A stretch of DNA of 64,000 nt from Macrostomum lignano (taxonomy: Eukaryota), in NCBI GenBank assembly GCA_002269645.1, contig NIVC01001313.1:62001-126000 (forward strand), in the 5' to 3' direction. The first letter of the stretch is position 1. Each line of letters begins with the position of its first letter. Below are positions 13,551 through 22,875 of the stretch, piece by piece. The translations under genes were made by a program, and so were the position numbers. Under the pieces are notes generated by a model. It searched no databases, was not told where the DNA came from, and saw nothing but the letters and a program-made list of their open reading frames with translations.

Positions 13551-14194
13551 TCCTATATACTAAAAATGGTCTGTCTGTGTCTATCTATCTATCTATCTAT
13601 CTATGTGATCGATTAGAGAAAAAATGGCTGGACCGATTTTGTTCAAACTTGCACTGTTCGATCAGAAATTTTCCCGTGACTGTACATGCATCGCGGCTAA
13701 GAAATTGCTCGATGCTAAAGGCATTAAATATTCGAAAAACATGCTTTTTTGCAAAGGTCAAGCAAACTTTTCGACTTGAAATGCATTGTAAGAATGCTAG
13801 AGAAAAAACTGACTGGTTGAATTCTGGTTCTGAAATAGATTGCATCATCACTGAATTGTAACTCCGACTTGAATTGAAAATGCAGGCTAGTGTGGAAGCG
13901 TAGCACCAGACTTGATTTAAATTGCGTAACCATATTGTTAACTGATACTGACTGACTGAGAAACTGATTATGTCATAACTGCTTCGTGTGATTTACTCTA
14001 TGCTTGGATTTTAAACTGTTGAATTATATATATATATAAGTGCAAAATTTGATGTTATCAAAAAGATGAGAACTAGCCTAGAGGTGAACAGACTGAACTG
14101 CTAAATGCAGCGACGATGGTTCGAATTTTCATAGAGTATAATTTTTTTAATTAAAGCTTTTCAACGTCAGGAAAACTAAAAGACTTTTTAAAAA

Positions 14195-17180
14195 AAAGCG
14201 TCATGTAAAAATCATAGTAGCGTCATGTAAAAAATCGTAGAAGCGTCATATAAAAAATTATAGAAGCGTCATATAAAAATCATAGATGCGTCATTTAAAA
14301 AATCATAGAAGCATCATATAAAAATCATAGATGCGTCATTTAAAAAACCATAGAAGCATCATGTAAACAATCAAAGAAGCGTCATTTAAAAAATCATAGA
14401 AGCATCATATAAAAATCATAGATGCGTCATTTAAAAAATCATAGAAGCATCATGTAAACAATCATAGAAGCGTCATTTAAAAAAATCATAGAAGCGTCAT
14501 ATAAAAATCATAGATGCGTCATTTAAAAAATCATGGAAGCGTCATGTAAACAATCATAGAAGCGTCATGTGAAAATCATAGAAGCGTCACGTAAAGAATC
14601 ATAGAAGCGTCATGTAAACAATCATCTAGAAGCGTCATGTAAACAATCATAGAAGCGTCATGTAAAAAATCATAGAAGCGTCATGTAAACAATTATAGAA
14701 GCGTCATGTAAAAAAATCATAGAAGCGTCATGTAAACAATCATAGAAGCGTCATGTAAACAATCATAGAAGCGTCATGTAAACAATCATAGAAGCGTCAT
14801 GTAAAAAATCGTAGAAGCGTCATTTAAAAAATCATAGAAGCGTCATGTAAACAATTATAGAAGCGTCATGTAAAAAAATCATAGAAGCGTCATGTAAACA
14901 ATCATAGAAGCGTCATGTAAACAATCATAGAAGCGTCATGTAAACAATCATAGAAGCGTCATGTAAAAAATCGTAGAAGCGTCATTTAAAAAATCATAGA
15001 AGCGTCATGCAAAAATCATAGATGCGTCATTTAAAAAATCATGGAAGCGTCATGTAAACAATCATAGAAGCGTCATGTAAAAAATCATAGAAGCGTCATA
15101 TAAAAATCATAGATGCATCATAGATGCCTAGAGGTGAACAGACTGAACTGCTAAATGCAGCGACGATGGTTCGAATTTTCATAGAGTATAATTTTTTTAA
15201 TTAAAGTTTTCAACGTCAGGAAAACTAAAAGACTTTTTAAAAAGAAGCGTCATGTAAAAATCATAGTAGCGTCATGTAAAAAATCGTAGAAGCGTCATAT
15301 AAAAAATTATAGAAGCGTCATATAAAAATCATAGATGCGTCATTTAAAAAATCATAGAAGCATCATATAAAAATCATAGATGCGTCATTTAAAAAACCAT
15401 AGAAGCATCATGTAAACAATCATAGAAGCGTCATTTAAAAAATCATAGAAGCATCATATAAAAATCATAGATGCGTCATTTAAAAAATCATAGAAGCATC
15501 ATGTAAACAATCATAGAAGCGTCATTTAAAAAAATCATAGAAGCGTCATATAAAAATCATAGATGCGTCATTTAAAAAATCATGGAAGCGTCATGTAAAC
15601 AATCATAGAAGCGTCATGTGAAAATCATAGAAGCGTCACGTAAAGAATCATAGAAGCGTCATGTAAACAATCATAGAAGCGTCATGTAAACAATCATAGA
15701 AGCGTCATGTAAAAAATCATAGAAGCGTCATGTAAACAATTATAGAAGCGTCATGTAAAAAATCATAGAAGCGTCATGTAAACAATCATAGAAGCGTCAT
15801 GTAAACAATCATAGAAGCGTCATGTAAACAATCATAGAAGCGTCATGTAAAAAATCGTAGAAGCGTCATTTAAAAAATCATAGAAGCGTCATGCAAAAAT
15901 CATAGATGCGTCATTTAAAAAATCATGGAAGCGTCATGTAAACAATCATAGAAGCGTCATGTAAAAATCATAGAAGCGTCATATAAAAATCATAGATGCA
16001 TCATTTAAAAAAATCATAGAAGCGTCATATAAAAAATCATAGAAGCGTCATGTAAAAATCATAGAAGCGTCATGTAAACAACCATAGAAGCGTCATGTAA
16101 AAAATCATAGAAGAGTCATGTAAACAATCATAGAAGCGTCATGTAAGCAATCATAGAAGCGTCATGTAAACAATCATAGAAGCGTCATGTAAACAATCAT
16201 AGAAGCGTCATGTAAGCAATCATAAAAGCATCATGTAAACAATCATAGAAGCGTCATGTAAACAATCACAGAAGCGTCATGAAAAAATCATAGAAGCGTC
16301 ATGTAAACAATCATAGAAGCGTCATGTAAACAATCATAGAAGCATCATGTAAAAAAATCATAGTAGCGTCATGTAAACAATCATAGAAGCGTCATGTAAA
16401 GAATCATAGAAGCGTCATGTAAAAAAATCATAGATGCGTCATTTAAAAAATCATAGAAGCATCATGTAAACAATCATAGAAGCGTCATTTAAAAAAATCA
16501 TAGAAGCGTCATATAAAAATCATAGATGCGTCATTTAAAAAATCATAGAAGCGTCATGTGAAAATCATAAAAGCGTCACGTAAAGAATCATAGAAGCGTC
16601 ATGTAAACAATCATAGAAGCGTCATGTAAACAATCATAGAAGCGTCATGTAAACAATCATAGAAGCGTCATGTAAAAAATCATAGAAGCGTCATGTAAAC
16701 AATCATAGAAGCGTCATGTAAACAATCATAGAAGCGTCATTTAAAAAATCATAGAAGCGTCATGTAAAAAAATCATAGATGCGTCATTTAAAAAATCATA
16801 GAAGCATCATGTAAACAATCATAGAAGCGTCATTTAAAAAAATCATAGAAGCGTCATATAAAAATCATAGATGCGTCATTTAAAAAATCATAGAAGCGTC
16901 ATGTGAAAATCATAAAAGCGTCACGTAAAGAATCATAGAAGCGTCATGTAAACAATCATAGAAGCGTCATGTAAACAATCATAGAAGCGTCATGTAAACA
17001 ATCATAGAAGCGTCATGTAAAAAATCATAGAAGCGTCATGTAAACAATCATAGAAGCGTCATGTAAACAATCATAGAAGCGTCATTTAAAAAATCATAGA
17101 AGCGTCATGTAAACAATCATAGAAGCGTCATGTAAAAAATCATAGAAGCGTCATGTAAAAATCGTAGAAGCGTCATTTAA
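14195..17180 (+). repeat. 23-bp minisatellite array (atcatagaagcgtcatgtaaaca)n
   Basis: Tandem copies, interrupted at ~15126-15245 by a duplicated head fragment. Confidence 0.97.
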
Positions 17181-18040
17181 AAATCATAGAAAATCATAAA
17201 AATCAAAAATTAAATGCAGCTATAATGCTGTGCTGGGGAGAAAAACTGAGACGTAAAGGCTCTCAGAGAATAACTGCTGAGATTACGGGGGGGGGTTTCT
17301 GAGATGTCAAAGCAAAAGTCAGAAGCTACTTTAAAGTTCATGTACTTTACTCAATTTTTTTATTGCATTCTTTGTTGGCTCGCCACGGGAGGCGCTTATA
17401 GAAGAAGAGTCATGTAAAAAATAAAAGTAGCACTACGAGCGTATGTACGAGCTATACATAAAAGAAAAGTCATGTTCAAGTTAAAAGATTCATTTGGGAA
17501 TTGCTACGATGTCAAAGCTTGGTGGAAATCGTTATAGTGCTGTGATTCTTAAAGAAGGAATCACTAAAATGTCAAGGCTTAGGGGAGAAGAATTGCTGAG
17601 ATTTCAAGGCTTTAGGTTGGGTTAAAGTTAGGTTTAGGTCAGGTGTGGGTTGAGGGTTATATTTTATCGGGTTTCAAGGTTAACAGAATAACAGGGGATT
17701 TTTTAGATTTCAAGGTTTATGGAGGCCATCGCTGACATGTTAAGGCTTACGGGGGGAATAGCTGAGATGTCAAGGCTCACGGGGTATAAATGAGATTTCA
17801 AGGCTAAAGTCAGAAGCTACATGTAGTTTATTGAAAACTTTTTATTACATTATTTGATGCCTCCTCAGGGGAGGGATCGCTGATAAAAAAAGCGTAATGT
17901 AAAAAATAAAAGAAGCTTCATGTCGAAGTTAAGAGATTCATTTGGGAATCCCTACGATGTCGAGGCTTGCAGGAAATCGCTATAATGCTGTAGTAGTGCT
18001 ATAGTGACTCTTAGAGAGAATTACTGAAATTTCAATGTTG

Positions 18041-18097
18041 GTTAGGGTTAGGGTTAGGGTTAGGGCTAGGGTTAGGGTTAGGGTTAGGCTAGGGTTA
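18041..18097 (+). repeat. Interstitial telomeric repeat (TTAGGG)~9
   Basis: gttagggttagggttagggttagggctagggttagggttagggttaggctagggttag. Confidence 0.9.
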
Positions 18098-18950
18098 GAA
18101 GGTTGACAGATATTTTTAGATTTCCAAGGCTTATTGGGGCATTGCTGAGATGTCAAGGGGGGAAGTTGATATGTCAAAGCTTGTGGGGGGGGGGGGAATT
18201 ACTGACATGTCAAGGCTTACAAGGTTTGACAGGAGATTTTTTAAGATTTCAAGGATACATGTAGCTTATTAAAAAAACGTGTATTGCATTTATTTGGCTC
18301 CCCAACGGGGGGCGTAGATTGCTAGTTTCTTCTATTAAATTGCCAATAAACATACAAAGGTTGAATTGACAACATGCACGTGTGTAATTATATAGTTCAT
18401 GGTAGGGCATCCCTAGAAAGACAGGATTCTATAAATTAAATATTTAAGTCTGAACTCTGACTTTGGATAACAAAAGCAAATGTTATCATTCAATGTCTTC
18501 AATTAAAAGTAGAATGCAGAAGTATGTGACTCGATCGTATTCGCGGTTAGTTACATTGCGTACAGTGTGTAAGTTTACAGTGCACATGTAGCATCGTTTT
18601 AAAAAAGCAGCAATATTACTTGACGTACATGCACTGTAAACGTGCTGCATCTGAAAGCATAAAGTACTTTCAGCACGGCCGATAAAACTTAAAACCTGCG
18701 GAAGGTGGAATTAACTATAAAAAAATCAACCCACTCAAATACTTGCGTTAAACTTAAAGGTTAAGTAGCAACAGCTACTGTATTTATGCATGCACACACA
18801 TATATAATATCAGTCAAGTAGTTGCAAAGGAACTTATAGTATCTCTACAATATTATTTACAAAAATTTTATTCGCTATGCTAGCTGCAGTAAAATGAGTA
18901 CATACTTGTAAATATAGGCTTAAAAGGTGTGCGATACATCATTATGCGCA

Positions 18951-19796
18951 TTAGTACTTGACAAGTGGCACGCCCTCTGTTACCTCGTAGATGGAATTGT
19001 ACGTTTTTCCGCCGCAACTTTCGCCAATTTCGCCGGGACACTTGGCTGGACAATAGACCTCCGTGACGCGGCCAAGGCGACCGTAGGAGTTGCCGCAGAA
19101 GCAGGCGTCGGTATCTTGCATGCCAAAGTATTTTGCGCCTCGTAGTAAACAAAAACTGTTGCAAAGATGCTTGCGCATGTGCTGATAGCGGCCAACGTAG
19201 TCGGGTAAGTCGCGCTTTTTCTCACTGTCGGAGTAGCAGCCCAGTGCCGGAATCGAATGGACTGTGACGGGGTCCGGATCGAGTTCTGCAGCAACGGGAG
19301 CAGATTTGTTACGATTAAAAGGTAAGGACTCTGATTCTATCGTTTCAGATAGTAGAATAAAATTAAACCATTCAGAATATTATATTAAGATATTTTGCAA
19401 ACGTTTCAGGAGGCCAGACATTGGACAGATCCTTCAGGATAGGAAGGTCAGACATTGTGGTTAACTAATCACTGCACAAAATAAACCAAATATCGATTAT
19501 TTTTTCTAAATAGGTTTTATTTATAACGAAAAATCCAACACGACAAAAGGTACTTGAATTGGTCACTGCAAATGCTCAACTTTTGTTGGAAGTTTTCAGC
19601 ACACTCGTGTCCAATATCCTAACAAATTGAGCCTACTTGTAGATCAAAATCGCTAAATAAAACAATTAAACTCACTTTTCTTGATAGCAGAGCTACAGCC
19701 TAACACATTTCCGGTAAATTGTGAGAGCAAGAGCACAATAGCTAGCAATACCAGTCTGCAGATTTCGATGATGCTTAATCTACGACCTCGAGTCAT
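18951..19796 (-). CDS. Secreted single-WSC-domain protein (~168 aa; model exons 19796-19676 and 19336-18951)
   Basis: Exon 1 MTRGRRLSIIEICRLVLLAIVLLLSQFTGNVLG is a signal peptide and ends at a GTGAGT donor. The last exon encodes LGCYSD...CNSFC...YFGMQ..ACFCGNSYG...C...CPG...CGG...SIY, a canonical WSC pattern. Phases are compatible; intervening exons are not excluded. Confidence 0.8.
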
Positions 19797-19968
19797 CTCT
19801 TTAGAGTGAAATTCTCGAGTCAAATAAAAAAAGCTATTAAAACATTAACTTGACTAATTTAAACAGCAAATTTCTTGAGTCGCTTAGAGGAAGGCCATAG
19901 ACGACAAAAGAAGAGTTGGTGAGTATACCCGGGTGGCTCTTGAGATAGCATGATGCCTCGTAAATGCT

Positions 19969-19978
19969 ATTTATAGAT
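19969..19978 (-). promoter_or_regulatory. Candidate TATA box of the WSC gene
   Basis: Minus strand CTATAAATAG about 175 bp upstream of the ATG at 19796. Confidence 0.35.
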
Positions 19979-20806
19979 GGTCCTTGTACATTTAAAGGAC
20001 AAAGAGAATGTGAACTTTTTATATTATTTATTAATTTAAAGTCATTAAATTACATATTACTAGGTATTTTAAAGTATCTGCTATACATATTAAAAAAGCA
20101 AAAATAAAATTTAGAAAACGCAGGTCATTTTGCAAGGCTACCATGTCACTCTGCATTCACGATGACACTTTTAAGCATTTTTAAATAATCTACCCCAATC
20201 AAATCATCACAGTAGACTTTTCAGCAAGTCTCTGACACAAATCAATCAATACAATTCGCTATGGTTTATAGGAATTATAGCTATCTTCTAGCTTCCAAAA
20301 TGTCCTGACTGATATTTGATCTATCGAGTTGGACGTCGTTACAAAGACAATCTTGAAATGACGATGAATGTGAGAATCAACGAGTCCAATATTGAGCTCC
20401 TATCAATCGATAAGAACAAATTAAATGTACTTTACAAGAGCGTACCTGACAAATTGTAACAGTTACCGACTAGAATTCTTGCATGCAGTAGCTGTGCACA
20501 CGTAGCAAAACTGAAACAGCGCAAACATTGAAGCAGGGCAAACAATGCTAGACACCTCTCAGCAAAGATAGACTCGTATTTGCGCCGCAGCTTGTGCTTA
20601 TGATTTAATAGAAGAGCAAGCATTCTATACTGTAATGGGAAAGAAAATGCAGAATTCATCGTTTCAGCATCAGTTTAGTCGTTTTCAAGAGTACAATAAA
20701 ATTAGGAACACGTTTTTTTTACGAAAAATGCAATTTTCAAGCGTTAAAACAGTTATAACTGCACAGCAGTCAGTCGCCAAGTCTCCCCCCCAGAAACTAC
20801 CAAGGA

Positions 20807-22516
20807 ATGGACGCCCAGCGCCTACCTCTGTCTGTGATAGTCAAAGAATCCGTGGCCAATACCACAGCTCACGCCATCGGCCGTGTGGCCCCTGCAAGTC
20901 GCGCCATTGTGCTGAGGATCTTCTGGCTTCTGGCTTTCTTGAGCTTCCTGGGCCTTCTGCTTAACACCTGCACCGTCTACATTCGACGCCTGAACAGTCC
21001 GAGCGTAAGGTCCGAGTTCCAAGCGGAAAAGGTTCCATTCGAGTTTCCCGATGTCTACTTTTGCAACAGTCTCCAAGCCGCTGGCTCGTTTATCTACCGA
21101 CTGAACAGGTCAGAGGCGGACCAGGTGAACATGCCGTTCTATGCTGCTCAGACTGCATTCGATGCCGCTCTCGGATCTCTGTATGCGTCGGAGAGTGAAA
21201 ACACAACACTGCGCGAACTTCGGCCAACAAGCTTGATCCAGTCTCAGCCCTACAGAACTCTGGCGGACATTGTGGGTCAGAGAAAGCTGCAGACATTCTA
21301 CGGAAACTACGGAATCTTCAGTGCAGGCTCAGATCGCAGTCTGAATTCCCCGATCGCGGTAGAGACGCTGTTCCACCCGAACCATCTGAAGTGCTTCAAG
21401 CTTGCCCTCACCGATGCTGAGTTATCTCGGATGCAGAATACGAACAACAGATTGCAGCTCGACCTGCTTCTCGATCCTTACTTCTTTGACTTCGATAAGC
21501 TTGGCCTGTTTTCAAACCATACAGACCGGCTTCCAACAATGTCTGTTGTCGTATCTGGTCATCAGATAACATTATATCCATTCGACTGGAACCTGGAAAA
21601 TCCGATTGGGTTCGATAAAGGCAGCGGAATGTATCTCTACCTGACGCCCAGAGGTCACTACCCGTCTCGATTCACCTCTAATGTGATCAGTCTGGGCCCC
21701 GGTCGAGCCTACGACGTCTCCATCGCAATGCAAGATGCCCAGATGACACCGGCGGACTTTCCCGGCCAGTGCGTTGAGAAACACAACGACTCAGTTCTGT
21801 TCTTGAACCCGTACAACGGTGCCGCAGATGCGTTCAGCTACAGCGAGGCTCACTGCTACTATTCGGAGATGGCGAGGGACAGACAGCAGAGGTACAACTG
21901 CAGCCCGACACCTGAGCCTACACCCTGGGAGTTTAGACATCTCCCTCTGTGCCTGAACCTCACAGCGGCTGAAACTGAAGAAGCAATTCATCGAAACATG
22001 AAGGCGTCCGTGAAAGCGCGTCTGGATGTCAATGGCGGCAACAGCACGTGGTACGACTTGTGCTCCGCGAAGCGACTGTGCAAGCGACGCACTTACTCCG
22101 TGACGTCATCTTATGGAATGTGGCCGAACCAAGCGAGTCTCGTTCGTCTGGTGGATAACGTCATTGGCTCTTTGCTGCAACGTGTTGATCGATCGCAGTT
22201 CAGATCACTCGAGACGGGTGTTAAAACACTGAACTTTTTGTATAGAAGCATTAATTTGGTCCCGTTTGAGACCGGAATAGGGCGCTACTTCCGGCGAGCA
22301 GCGGTAAGAGTCACGTTGAGAGCAAAAGCAAGTCGAAGCTCTCTGACAACATTCAGCCCTGACTATCGGCTTGGTCAGTTCATCGCGGACGTTGGCAGCG
22401 CACTTGGTTTGTATCTGGGATGTTCGCTGCTCACTGTGCTGGAGCTGTTTGAACTGTTGCACTACATGCTTATCCGTGCAGCATGCATTGGTCGTCAGCC
22501 CAAACGACTGCTATAG
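20807..22516 (+). CDS. DEG/ENaC (ASIC/degenerin family) channel subunit, intronless, copy 1 (569 aa)
   Basis: TM1 RIFWLLAFLSFLGLLL, FPDVYFCN, HLKCF, Cys-containing thumb, MWPN, and TM2 IADVGSALGLYLGCSLLTVLEL. Confidence 0.93.
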   Translation: MDAQRLPLSVIVKESVANTTAHAIGRVAPASRAIVLRIFWLLAFLSFLGLLLNTCTVYIRRLNSPSVRSEFQAEKVPFEFPDVYFCNSLQAAGSFIYRLNRSEADQVNMPFYAAQTAFDAALGSLYASESENTTLRELRPTSLIQSQPYRTLADIVGQRKLQTFYGNYGIFSAGSDRSLNSPIAVETLFHPNHLKCFKLALTDAELSRMQNTNNRLQLDLLLDPYFFDFDKLGLFSNHTDRLPTMSVVVSGHQITLYPFDWNLENPIGFDKGSGMYLYLTPRGHYPSRFTSNVISLGPGRAYDVSIAMQDAQMTPADFPGQCVEKHNDSVLFLNPYNGAADAFSYSEAHCYYSEMARDRQQRYNCSPTPEPTPWEFRHLPLCLNLTAAETEEAIHRNMKASVKARLDVNGGNSTWYDLCSAKRLCKRRTYSVTSSYGMWPNQASLVRLVDNVIGSLLQRVDRSQFRSLETGVKTLNFLYRSINLVPFETGIGRYFRRAAVRVTLRAKASRSSLTTFSPDYRLGQFIADVGSALGLYLGCSLLTVLELFELLHYMLIRAACIGRQPKRLL

Positions 22517-22875
22517 CGCTCTCAACAATAGCGGTTTGGCACTCTGCATGACGTAGTACAAACTGAACTTTTCTGGAACTGTGGAGTGGTTAGTTAGCTT
22601 TATGATGTCTGTTCCAACTGTATAAAGAAATTACTTTGAACATAATAAACACTCCATTATTCCTACATTCGGTATGACAAAGTACGAGACGCACTTCGCA
22701 AATAGCATTAGGTGTGTTGGTTTGTGACTGGTCTTGACTTGAGTCGATAACCAGTTTTAAATCCCTCTTCTCTGCCCGGCCTTGTCGCCTTGCGTACATT
22801 CTCTCCCTCCTTCTGTCCGCGCTGTGTGGGGGGGGGGGGTGCTTTGGCTCTGCGTGCGTGGGGTGGTGGCCTGGT

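Larger units (their letters stand above)
13551..18325 (+). mobile_element. Non-autonomous Helitron-like element, unit 4 (second 23-bp minisatellite payload)
   Basis: Starts TCctatatactaaaaatg + (TCTA)n; same head; ends cccc-aac-gggg hairpin + agattgCTAG followed by T. Confidence 0.8.

Noticed and set aside
8815-17180. 23-bp arrays as CRISPR arrays
   Set aside because: Monomers abut directly with no unique spacers, no cas genes, and the context is eukaryotic.
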